From Octopus sinensis (Eukaryota), in NCBI RefSeq assembly GCF_006345805.1, contig NC_043009.1:20770001-20834000 (forward strand): a stretch of 64,000 bases of DNA, written 5' to 3'. The position numbers and the translations under genes were made by a program. Below the pieces are notes generated by a model, which saw nothing but the letters and a program-made list of their open reading frames with translations, was not told the origin of the DNA and ran no database searches. Positions within the stretch are counted from its first letter, which is position 1. Each line of letters opens with the position of its first letter. Below are positions 37,545-48,989 of this stretch, one piece after another.

Positions 37545-39781
37545 TTATCTAAGGCAATTAGAAGCATGAAGACAGGGAAAGCCCCAGGCCCATCAGGAAT
37601 CACTGCAGAGATGCTCAAAATGTCTGGTAGTGTCGGCTATAGCCTAGTCACCCGTATAGTTAATCAGGTGATACACAAAGGGGTCATACCCAATGACTGG
37701 TGTAGCAGTATAATAGGCAACTGCTACAAAGGTAAAGGTGATGCCCTAGATACAAATAACTACAGAGGTATCAAGCTGTTGGATCAGGTGATGAAGGTTA
37801 CGGAGAGGGTCATAGCCCAACTAATTAGAGAGAGAGTTAGTTTAGATGAGATGCAGTTTGGGTTTGTGCCAGGGAAAAGTACTACTGATGCTATATTCCT
37901 GGTAAGGCAACTGCAGGAGAAATACCTAGCCAAAGATAAGCCCCTGTACCTGGCTTTTGTTGACATGGAGAAAGCCTTCGACAGGGTCCCCCGATCCCTT
38001 ATCTGGTGGGCAATGAGGAAACTAGGGAAAGATGAATGGTTAGTGAGAGCTGTGTGGGCCATGTATAGGGACGCTGCTAGTAGGGTGAGGGTTGGAAATG
38101 AGTACAGTGAAGAATTCTGAGTAGAGGTAGGGGTCCACCAAGGCTCAGTACTCAGCCCCCTCCTATTTATCATAGTCCTCCAGGCAATAACGGAGGAATT
38201 CAAGACAGGATGCCCTTGGGAGCTCCTCTATGCTGATGACCTTGCTCTAATTGCTGAGTCGCTATCAGAACTGGAGGAGAAGTTTCAGGTGTGGAAACAA
38301 GGATTAGAATCGAAGGGCCTCAGAGTCAATCTAGCTAAAACCAAAGTCGTAATCAGTAGGAAGGTAGACAAATCACAAACACCTTCAGGTAGATGGCCCT
38401 GCTCGATCTGTAGAAAAGGTGTAGGTAGAAACTCTATAAGATGCACCAAGTGTAAGCTATGGACACATAAGAGATGCAGCAATGTCAAAGGAAGGCTAAC
38501 TAGGAAGATGGTTTTTGTATGTGGCAGATGCTCAGGAACAATAAACACTGAAAATGCTCTGAGACCAACTTCCGTCACTTTCCAGGGAGAAAAACTAGAA
38601 ATAGTTGATAGTTTCCGTTACCTAGGTGACCAAGTCAGCAGCGGGGGCGGGTGTGCTGAAAGTGTAACTGCTAGAGTAAGAATAGCTTGGGCAAAGTTCA
38701 GAGAGCTCTTACCTCTGCTGGTGACAAAAGGCCTCTCGCACAGAGTGAAAGGCAGACTGTATGATGCGTGTGTATGAACAGCCATGCTACATGGCAGTGA
38801 AACATGGGCAGTGACTGCTGAGGATATGCGTAAGCTCGCTAGAAATGAAGCCAGTATGCTCCGATGGATGTGTAATGCCGGTACTCACACTCGGCAGAGT
38901 GTAAGTACCTTGAGAGAAAAGCTGGACCTAAGAAGCATCAGTTGTGGTGTGCAAGAGAGACGTTTGCGCTGGTATGGTCATGTGGCGAGAATGGATGAAG
39001 ATAGTTGTGTGAAAAAGTGCCACACCCTAGCGGTTGAGGGAACCTGTGGAAGAGGCAGACCCAGGAAAACCTGGGACGAGGTGGTGAAGCACGACCTTCG
39101 AACTTTAGGTCTCACTGAGGAAATGACTAGAGACCGAGACCTCTGGAAGTGTGCTGTGCGCGAGAAGACCCGGCAGGACAAGTGAGTCCATAACCCGTGG
39201 CCTTCTACATGGGATGGAGCCAGCCTACGTATGCATACCTTCCCTTCTTGGGACACAAAACTCTACTTGTGAAGATGTGTTGAGGCAAGTGAGGATCGGA
39301 ATCGAAATCGATCAAAGGAAATTGCGGATGTGTTACCAGTGCCGGTGGCATGTCGAAACTCTACTTGTGAAGACCCGTTGAGGCAAGTGAGGATCAGAAT
39401 CGAAATCGATCAATGGAAATTGCAGATGTGTTACCAGTGCCGGTGGCATGTAAGAGAACTTTCCGTTTCGTGACCGTTGCCAGCACCACCCCGTTTCGTG
39501 TCCGTTGCCAGCCTCGCCTGGCCCTCGTGCCGGTGGCACATAAAAAGCACCATCCGTTCGTGGCCGTTTGCCAGCTCTGTCTGGCACCAGTGCGGGTGGC
39601 ACGTAACAAGCACCCACTACACTCACGGAGTGGTTGGCGTTAGGAAGGGCATCCAGCTGTAGAAACACTGCCAGATTTGACTGGGCCTGATGAAGCCTTC
39701 TGGCTTCACAGACCCCAGTAGAACCGTCCAACCCATGCTAGCATGGAAAACGGACGCTAAACGATGATGATGATGATGATG

Positions 39782-39783
<2 letters not shown>
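37545..39783 (+). mobile_element. 5'-truncated RTE LINE: RT, PHD finger, C-terminus, 3' UTR
   Basis: GKAPGPSG, NYRGIKLL, QFGF, DMEKAFDRV, GVHQGSVLSPLLF, YADD (38229-38240), FRYLG, RLRWYGHV; only two in-frame TGA stops; (GAT)n tail. Confidence 0.95.
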
Positions 39784-39824
<41 letters not shown>

Positions 39825-39828
<4 letters not shown>

Positions 39829-40423
39829 TAATTGTTATCGCCATATTAATATGGCAGTCTTATAGATATAAGACTAAAAGCTGTCGCTGATTAGCTCCAT
39901 GAGGCCATCGCCTTAAGATAGCTATTTGACACACAAACTGTGTCCATTATAACCTTCGAACAAGGGAGGTCAGCCGCTTCACACTGCTAGTCAGACAACT
40001 ACAGACGCGTTTCAGGGTATTTGCCCTTTGTCAATGTAGCGTAGTCGACCCAGCAGGTGTCGCCACTGAACGTCTCTGTTCGAAGGTTTTATTTACCTAG
40101 TTTCGGTGGAATATATCCACTTGTTTCCAATAATAGAAATATTAAAATTACTAAGTCTCTCTAAAAGAGATTACGGCAGCGTTACTGGAAATTAATTGTT
40201 ATCGCCATATTAATATGGCAGTCATATAGATATAAGGTTATAATGGACACAGTTTGTGTGTCAAATAGCTATCTTAAGGCGATGGCCTCATGGAGCTAAT
40301 CAGCGACAACTTTTAGTCTTATATCTATAAGACTGCCATATTAATATGGCGATAACAATTAATTTCCAGTAACGCTGCCGTAATCTCTTTTAGAGAGACT
40401 TAGTAATTTTAATATTTCTATTA
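39825..40423 (-). mobile_element. Penelope-like non-autonomous element with nested inverted pLTR-type repeats
   Basis: 39825-39956 is the reverse complement of 40234-40365 (132 bp, 1 mismatch); 40131-40236 is the reverse complement of 40318-40423 (106 bp, 1 mismatch). Contains a minimal hammerhead and lies between (TA)n tracts. Confidence 0.75.
39999..40039 (-). ncRNA. Minimal type I hammerhead ribozyme motif with U3-A8 core variant (GUC triplet)
   Basis: Minus strand: CUACA UUGACAA AGGG-CAAAUA-CCCU GAAA CGCG UC UGUAG. 5-bp stem I, 4-bp stem II, palindromic ACGCGU stem III. Confidence 0.8.
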
Positions 40424-40493
40424 TATATATATATATATATATATATGTACATACATATACATACGTATATAATATATTCATACATCCATATAA

Positions 40494-40524
<31 letters not shown>

Positions 40525-40782
40525 CATAATTCCCCGCCGTCTCCTTTCACTAATATTTACTATTTAATTATTCAAAACAGTTTAAAATTTTTGTTTATTT
40601 TTATGGTGGTTAATTAACAAGTTAATCAAAACGGTAGGAACATAGTAAACGCTGCTCTTAGTAATCTAGACTACACACGCTTATTTTAACTTCTTCCATC
40701 TCGGCAGGGATTTAAACTCCAAATGTAAAAGGTCGTAACTAAACACCATAAGGCATTTGGCGAACCCTGCGTGATCGGCCCG

Positions 40783-41878
40783 CAAAATTTTTTTCCCACG
40801 AGAGTTCCGGATGCCAGTAATGGACTCGTTTGCATACAGCCAATCAGAGCTCACCGGATCTTTTCTGTTTGATGGACGGAATTTTCTAGTTAACTAAACA
40901 ATTTGAAACTTCGTATACTGGTAGAATGTGTCAAAAGAAAACATTATTGTAAACAAAATTGAAAACAAAATTGTAATTTGTAACTTAAACGTAGTTTAAT
41001 TTTATGAATTTTAACCAATGAAATCCCAGCATCTTCAAATTTTAACCAATGAAATCCCAGCATTGCTGCCTTATCGATATTGATAAAGAAATATAGCAGA
41101 CGCATGACACACACATTCAAAAAATATCGTTAATATTTTTATTGGGCGACGAAATTCATTGATTTAAGAGATATAGCTGTTATTTCTAGCACATGTAGAA
41201 GACAGAAGACAGAAGAGAGAGAAAGGATGAATAAGACGTGTGCGTGTGAGTTTTTAGACGCAGCAAATAATTTGATCTCGAATGCTGCGATTTCATTGGT
41301 TAAAATTTGTAGAATTAAACTACGTTAAAGTTACGAATTACAATTTTGTTTTCAATTTTGTTTACAATAATGTTTTCTTTTGACACATTATACAAGTATA
41401 CGAAGTTTCAAATTGTTTAGTTAACTAGAAAATTCCATCCATCAAACAGAAAAGATCCAAATCGGATGGATAATAGGTATAGATGCAAGTCTATCTTGTC
41501 TCCTTCTAAATTCTAAAACCAGGCTTAACTTGGTCAAGGTGAGCTCGGATCTTTTCTGTTTGATGGACGGATTTTGTTAGGGGCCCCATATGATAAAGAT
41601 GTGGATGGGGAAAATGTGGGTAGAGGGTGATGTGCTAGCAACCCTCTCCCCTTACTGTTTTACAAAGTAAACAACAACACAAATAACTATGCAGAGGCAA
41701 CCATGGTTGGAACAAAAAGAACAACAAGCATTATTAAAAGAGAAAAGAAGCATGGTCATTCCTTACTCAAGTGACCTTGTTATACGCTCATAAATCAGTT
41801 TGATAGTTGAGCTCTGATTGGTTGTATGCAAATGAGTTCATAACTGGGGTCCGGAACTCGCGTGGAAAAAAAATTTTG
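40783..41878. mobile_element. Fold-back non-autonomous DNA element
   Basis: Outer arms 40783-40852 / 41809-41878 and inner arms about 40856-41030 / 41282-41458. Shares 'ggatcttttc..tttga' and 'aaacttcgtatactggtaga' with 34183-34601. Confidence 0.75.
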
Positions 41879-42154
41879 TAGCCCAGCTTTTAGCAGCCCA
41901 ATTTAGCATGGACCACACCCTGCCGTCTTAATAAAGACGACACAGATAAGAATGTAGTTCAAGGTAAGGGATTGGTCGTGGCTTAAATGCCGTGCTCAAC
42001 AGCCATGAGGTATTCAGGTTTTACTGCTGGAAAAAGAATCTTTTCATAAGGAAGAATCTGTGTAGGCTTATAATTATTGCCTGGCCGCACAAATTTCTGT
42101 AAATGTTTACAATTAAACTCTTGCGCTCTCTCCCCTTCTTTCCCTCCCTCCCTC

Positions 42155-42178
42155 CTTCTCTCTCTCTCTCTATCTCTC

Positions 42179-42213
<35 letters not shown>

Positions 42214-42235
42214 GTCTGTCTGTCTGTCTGTCTCT
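42155..42235. repeat. (CT)n/(CTAT)n/(CTGT)n microsatellite
   Basis: Directly visible. Confidence 0.95.
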
Positions 42236-43464
42236 CTGCAACAAGAAGCCTCTTGTTTTAAAACAGGGAGCACCTGAAGTGCTTAATAATTTTTTCCTCT
42301 ACCTGAGACCTGAGAAAACTTCAGAAGCCTTGTACAAACATTCTGAACGATTACATATTGATTTAGCTATTTATTGACCTGCCTTCCCTATTAAAATAAA
42401 AACATATTCTAATTAGAAGTTCAGGTTAAATTTACTTCTTATCAGTTTGGGATTAGAGAAATGACAATTTTAAAGAGAATGGCCACAAAAATGAAAGAAA
42501 AATGTAAAAGCAGTTTTAAAATATACAATCATTGAACAAATTTTCTCAACTTCTACGAAACGGGGAAATTCAAATATGTTTTTCATGCAACAAGTCCAAA
42601 TGAATAAATAAGAAATAATAGTTTGCATAAAACTGACTCTTAAACCTTGTAAGTGAACACAAAACAATTTCATAAGAGATGACACCAACAATTTTAATGT
42701 TCACTAGTTTTACGTATGAGTTCTGGTGTTTCAGTGAGTTCCCTATTTGAGCCCTGCCACTAATCAGACAGTGACATGAAAACCCTCAAACTTTAGGTTC
42801 TTCCTCGCAAATGATTAATCTACACTTCTGATTTAAAATCTTGTCAGAGGTGAAGGGTGGGCCTCAAATGATTATCCTTCCGGGATTAAAGAAATAAGCG
42901 TTAATCCTAGTGATTTGTAAATTAAATAAGCTAATTATTAAAGGGATATTAATTTATTGTAATCGACTTCTGTGTCTACATCTTCACATCACTCTACAAT
43001 TTTACCCTAAATACTCTTTATTTCTGTTTTACTTCCTTCCGTGTTCCTTCTAATTTTTTTTCTTTCTTTTACTTCTTCATTAACCACCTCCATTCTTTAA
43101 CTCCCGTCTCTCCTCTCTTGATTTCTCTCTCATATAATTTCTCTTCCAAAATGTGCAGTCAGTCAAATTGCTTTTAAAATTTTCAGCAATTGTCAAATAC
43201 ATTTCAATAATTTAGTTTGCAATCAAATAACTTTCTATACAAGCAAAGATTATTTCAATAGAATTTATTTTGTAAGGTATTTAGCAGTTTTCTTTGTTTT
43301 TATCGTCCAATTCCATTGGTCTCCCTGAATTATTTCTCTCAGTTCATTTTTGTTCTATACATATACGCATGGCTGTTAATTTTGTGCCAAGTAGTCTTAA
43401 CTCACTACACAGGTGCTAGGCTAGCCCAAGTTTCTTTCTGCTTTCTCTTTCTTTTTTTTTTCAG

Positions 43465-43524
43465 GTGAGAAAGTGCTGTGCACATATAAACTCACACTGT
43501 CATACTTACACAATATGCCCACTG
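43465..43524 (+). other. Candidate 60-nt exon (coding status unknown)
   Basis: Long polypyrimidine tract ending ttttttttttcag| and donor G|GTAAGA; open in two phases; no recognisable domain or partner exon. Confidence 0.35.
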
Positions 43525-44102
43525 GTAAGATAGAATGAAGGCTTCTGAGCTTGTATGAGAATGCAGTTGTCAAAGTGGAAGAAGGAATCTGCAGACCTTG
43601 CAGTACTGTCAAAACTTGAGTGCAAGGTCATAAATCATCGTTCCAGATGTTTACTCTGCATCATGGAGCATAGGGAGGGCCAGATATTGGTAAAGTATAA
43701 CCCCCATACATACCTGGCTTCAGATTTTCTGTAGGGGTTTACTCCTCTAGCCTTTTTTTAAACACTCAATAAACTATCCCACAAGGCAGCTGGGCTTTAT
43801 TATTGTAGTGGGTATGATTTGTGCAGAGTCAGTCCCATTCTCTTGTCCTCCAAACTTGTACTAATCTGGAGCAATTAGTGCCACAAGCTTGGTGGTTATC
43901 AGGGTGCACAATTTTTATGGAATTGCCTTCTCTTTAATGAGCTGAAGGGCCACTCTATATATAAGGTCTGTGGTTTCCCCATACCAAAAAAAACATTACA
44001 AGAAACATCCCAGAGAGCAATCGCAAATAAATAAATTTCCTTTTCTCCAACACAGCTATGAGCAATACATTTTCACAATGTGAAGAATGAATATATACAT
44101 AA

Positions 44103-44133
<31 letters not shown>

Positions 44134-44631
44134 CAGTGCTGGACTGGATCTAAAAGTATTGGTTGCCAAGAGACAAAGGGAACCCACCTGCAACTACAAC
44201 ACTAACATTTCATTTTTATAACAAATAAATAAAATTTTCAAGAATTACATAACCGAAAACAAAAAAACAAAATGTACTGATTAGAGTGCACATGCACTGT
44301 ACATATTTCTGGCAGTATACAGTAATACCAAATGTAAATAAAGAATATTATAATCGAATTTTTAAATAAATATTTTGGTGAATATTATGGTACACTGTTA
44401 TTTTGGAAGTATACTGTTATTTTGAGAATTTTTAACCAAAGTGAAAATAAAGTCTATAAATATCTGGACACATCTCAGTGAACCATAATTCCCTACTTGA
44501 ATGGGCATGATATTATGTCTTAACATATTCTCTCAAATGGTGCTTTTAAGTTAGAAATGGCTTTGGCCAATTTTGGCTAAAATATATCTAAGTTTCTTTT
44601 ATCAAAATTTTATATAGTATAATATACAAGT

Positions 44632-45022
44632 GATGCAGGTATGGCTGTGTGGTAAGAAGTTTGCTTCCCAACCACATCGTTTCGAGATCAATCTTTCTGT
44701 GTATCACCTTGGGTGAGTGTCTTCTTCTGTAGCCCTGAGCTAACCAAAGTCCTGTGAGGGAAACTGAAAAAAGCCTGTTCTATATATGTATATATCTATG
44801 TGTGTGTGTGTGTCTTTGTGTTTGTCCCCCCCTCCCACCACTCCACAACTGGTGATGGTGTATTTACATCCCTGTAATTTAGCGGTTTGGCCAAGAAGAC
44901 CAATAGAATAAGTACTGGGTTTAAGAAATTAAGTGCTAAGGTTAATTTGTTCGACTGAAATCCTTCAAGGTGGTGCCCCAGATAGGCCACAGTAAAATAA
45001 CTCAATCAAGAAAAAGATAAAA
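44632..45022 (+). mobile_element. tRNA-derived SINE (family A), older copy
   Basis: tggctgtgtggtaag head and the same module order as 36021-36439; diverged. Confidence 0.8.
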
Positions 45023-45291
45023 GACCTATATATATATTATTTAAAACTGCTTGATTCAGTTCTGTGCTACTTCAACTTTGGCAGGCTCCCAACAGAAGCC
45101 CAACTCTTCTGGAACGCCAAATGAAGAAATTCAGGAAGTCCAAGATTGCCACCAGAAAGATTAAGCTGCTATTGTTCAAAGAGAGTCACATGGTGTTGTA
45201 GCGAATTATGGTAATTCCTTAAAGACATCAATTTCATCAGAAAGGTGAATTTCTTTGACTGTTTGGTTGGACTGAAAACTAGTGGTATATT

Positions 45292-45321
<30 letters not shown>

Positions 45322-45324
<3 letters not shown>

Positions 45325-47632
45325 GGTGCAATGGGTAAATTGTCGCCATTTTATACTTTTAATTTTGTGCATGTACATTGTTTGTTTTTGATTTTCCCAA
45401 CTACACACTATAGTAGGGTCAGTTGGGCACCATCTGTGAAAAAAGCAGCACCATAACACAATTCACTCTGCCAGAAATTTGGAAACGACATGTTGTACAG
45501 CTTGGCATTCACACTGGAAGCTCCAATACAAACATTTCAGAGTATTTGGGTATCAATCTGAGTAGAGTGAAGAGGATTTTATTCTCTATTCTTCCAATTC
45601 TGTCTTGACAATGGTGGTACTCCAGAGCAGTGGAAAACTGCCAGTGTTATCCCTCTATTCAAAAAAGGTGACTGCACATCGCCTGTCAACTATCGCCCCG
45701 TTAGTCTTACTAGCTGCATCGCCAAACTGATGGAATCCTGTGTCAGGGAAACCCTCTGGAACTTCTGGAAGTCTCACAGCCTCATCCAACTGTCACAATT
45801 TGGATTTATTCCTAACTCCAGCTGCTGTAATCAACTCATCGAGTTTCTTGAGGACATTACCCAAATCACTGATCGCGGATCCTGGGTGGATGTTGTTTAC
45901 CTGGACTTTGCTAAGGCTTTTAACTCTGTGCCACACAAAAAACTTATGGTGAAACTCTCTGCATTGGGCGTAAGAGACGAACTCCATAACTGGTTGAAGT
46001 CCTTTATTTTCGGCCGAAAAGAGGTTGTCACAGTTCTAGGACAGCACTCTTCACCCTATGAGATGACATCTGGTGTACCACAGGGATCTAGTCTTGGCCC
46101 CCTTTTATTTGTTGCATATGTTAATGACATATAAAGGACTTCAACCAGTTATGGAGTTCGTCTCTTACGCCCAATGCAGAGAGTTTCACCATAAATTTTT
46201 TGTGTGGCACAGAGTTTAAAGCCTTAGCAAAGTCCAGGTAAACAACATCCACCCAGGATCCGCGATCAGTGATTTGGGTAATGTCCTCAAGAAACTCGAT
46301 GAGTTGATTACAGCAGCTGGAGTTAGGAATAAATCCAAATTGTGACAGTTGGATGAGGCTGTGAGACTTCCAGAAGTTCCAGAGGGTTTCCCTGACACAG
46401 GATTCCATCAGTTTGGCGATGCAGCTAGTAAGACTAACGGGGCGATAGTTGACAGGCGATGTGCAGTCACCTTAAAGAATGCCACAGTGCTGAAATATGC
46501 AGATGACATCAAGCTGTACCTCGAAATAAAGAGGTCAGATCCTGTACACTATAGATCTCTATTGCAAGCAGACCTGGACACAATGCAGCAGTGGATCATG
46601 GATTGGCAACTCAAGCTGGCTGTGGACAAATGTACAACCATGCATTTTGGGAGGAGAAACCCAGCGTCCACTTACTCCCTCCACAACACTAATCTCAAAA
46701 AGTCTTTGTGTGAACATGACCTGGGTCTTATTGTCGACAGCGATTTGCATTGGACAAAACACATCGCCAAAATTGCCAAGAAGGCTGAGGGTGTCTTGGC
46801 ATCACTCACCAAGTCCTTTGTGAGCCGCTCTCCAGCTATCTATCTGCGGCTTTATATAGCTATGGTAAGACTTCACCTGGAATTTGCATCACCGGTCTGG
46901 AACCCCTATCTTGCCCAGGATATTAATCGTCTGGAAGCCGTTCAGCGACGTGCAACCAAAAGAATACCCTCTATCAGGCATCTGCCATATTCTGAATGCC
47001 TTACTTCCCTGGGCATGAACACATTGAAACTCCGATGTCTGGCAGCTGACTTGGCAGACACCCATAAAATTATCAACCATCTTACAATCAATAACTCTGA
47101 GCACCTTTTCAAACTCCACCCATCTAACACCTGTGGACATATTTACAAAGTCAGAAAACAGCGCAGCTCCCATGACTTTAGGAAACATTTTTTCACGCTG
47201 AGAGTTGCTGAAGCATGGAACAAACTGCCGGCATCACTTGTTAGTTGTCGGAGCACTGCATCCTTCAAAACTTCCATGCTTCCTGAGATTCGCCAACACT
47301 ACACCTGATTTTCTCCCCTCCATACACACACAAGCATGTATCTGACTTACACATTGTTCGCTTTTCAGACATTTGTACATTACTGCATATACTTTGTATG
47401 CACTTTCTGACAAGTTGTGGTGCACCTGAGCACTGTATACAATAATTTCATTATTATTATAGGATTCAGAAGGAATTGGACAAGTCTAATAGTGATTATG
47501 AAGGTACAGCAGCTCAGAAAATTCACTGTGGTCATTCTGATAAGAAAAGAACTGAATTTTTTGGTGAGATCCAGGCAATGATTGACGATCCCTCCAAGTC
47601 ACTCAGGTCCATCGCCAGGTACATGGGAGTAT
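45322..47632 (+). mobile_element. Tc1/mariner-type transposon 5' part (HTH region) interrupted by CR1
   Basis: CAGGGTG start. Removing the CR1 and one AGGATT gives LGINLSRVKRIQKELDKSN...EIQAMIDDPSKSLRSIARYMGVS. Confidence 0.7.
45579..47460 (+). mobile_element. 5'-truncated CR1-like LINE with internal 343-bp inverted duplication
   Basis: 6-bp TSD AGGATT (45573-45578 / 47461-47466); NYRPVSLTS, QFGF, LDFAKAFNSV, GVPQGSSLGPLLF, YADD, RLHLEFASPVWNP; (ATT)n tail. Confidence 0.95.
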
Positions 47633-47639
47633 CCTTTGA

Positions 47640-48300
47640 TCTTTATTTTTATTTTACTTTCACTCTCATTCTTTGTATTTTCATTACTTATCCTCTTCCT
47701 TTCTTTTCACAACCCCATTTTTTCTCTCTGACCTATCTGCCTATCGTGATGTTTGTCTCTCACACGATACACCTATGTGGACTATTTTTCTTACAAGCTA
47801 ACCACTTGATCTGAATACACACATTCAATCTGAATACAACATTAAAAATAATGCCTGGATTCACCTGGGATTATACTTGAGGGGGTTATACCTTCATGGA
47901 AGTACAGACCCTTTGGAATAAGATGAGCTGTGAACTTTATTCTCCTGTCTTTTTTCTTCTTTCTATTGTTTATATTCTTTTATATACTGTGAACTCTCTG
48001 TCTGGAACTTCTCTGCATACGCATCTTGTCTCTGATGACAGAATGCCCAGTGTATGGAAGTGCTGAACCATCACCTGGGATATCCCAGAAACAGCTGTAA
48101 GACATTAATTACTTCTACTTCTCCATTTCTGATTCACCTTACTCTAATGAAATATTCTGAATGACCTGAGATACTCGTCCTTCCTTGGATTTGTTGTCAA
48201 TTTTCTTCTAATATATACCTGCTGACTCAGAAACTTACTATGGATCCCTAGCTCCAGCCTCAGCTGTGAACTTGGAACCTAATGAATGACCAATTATAAC
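47640..48300 (+). mobile_element. Probable Penelope-like relic carrying a hammerhead
   Basis: Pyrimidine-rich repeat-like sequence around a hammerhead motif with palindromic stem III; no ORF recognised; bounds approximate. Confidence 0.4.
48027..48104 (+). ncRNA. Type I hammerhead ribozyme motif with extended stem II (GUA triplet)
   Basis: UGUCU CUGAUGA [49-nt insert] GAAA CAGCUG UA AGACA. 5-bp stem I and palindromic ACAGCUGU stem III. The insert folds CCCAG/CUGGG and AUGG/CCAU, but the base of stem II is mismatched. Confidence 0.6.
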
Positions 48301-48479
48301 ACTTAAGCAGCATACCTATTGGTTTTGATCATTAGAGGACTAAATCCCTCATATTCTACACACACACATGTATACAAATACACACACATATATATATATA
48401 TATTAATCAAAATAAAGTATATTAATCAAAATAAGTATATTAATCACAGTTCTCTTCAACTATCAAGTATTCACCCTGA

Positions 48480-48513
<34 letters not shown>

Positions 48514-48515
<2 letters not shown>

Positions 48516-48912
48516 TCTTTTACTTGTTTCAGTCATTTGACTGCGGCCATGCTGGAGCACCACCTTTAGTTGAGCAAATCGACCCCAGGACTTATTCTTT
48601 GTAAGCCTAGTACTTATTCTATCGGTCTCTTTTACTGAACCGCTAAGTGACGGGGACATAAACATACCAGCATCGGTCATCAAGCAATGCTAAGGGGACA
48701 GACACAGACACACAAACATACACACACACATATATATATACATATACACAATGGGTTTTTATCAGTTTCTGTCTACCAAATCCACTCACAAGGCTTTGGT
48801 CGGCCCAAGGTTATAGTAGAAAACACTTGCCCAAGGTGCCACGCAGTGGGAATGAACCCGGAACTACATGGTTGGCAAGCAAGGTACTTACCACACAGTC
48901 ACTCCTGCACCT
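48514..48912 (-). mobile_element. Full-length tRNA-derived SINE (family A)
   Basis: Matches 36021-36439; (TA)n on both sides. Confidence 0.9.
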
Positions 48913-48989
48913 GTCTAGATATATATATATATATATATAAATACACACACCTATAGTGATTCTGCAAAGAAGGAAGCTTGAAGCTTGGA

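Noticed and set aside
39685-39712. CTGATGA followed by a hairpin in the RTE 3' UTR
   Set aside because: No GAAA or stem III follows; more likely the LINE 3' recognition stem-loop than a hammerhead.
46349-46471. N-terminal part of the 319-aa ORF
   Set aside because: Antisense read-through of the inverted duplication; real CR1 coding resumes at about 46472.
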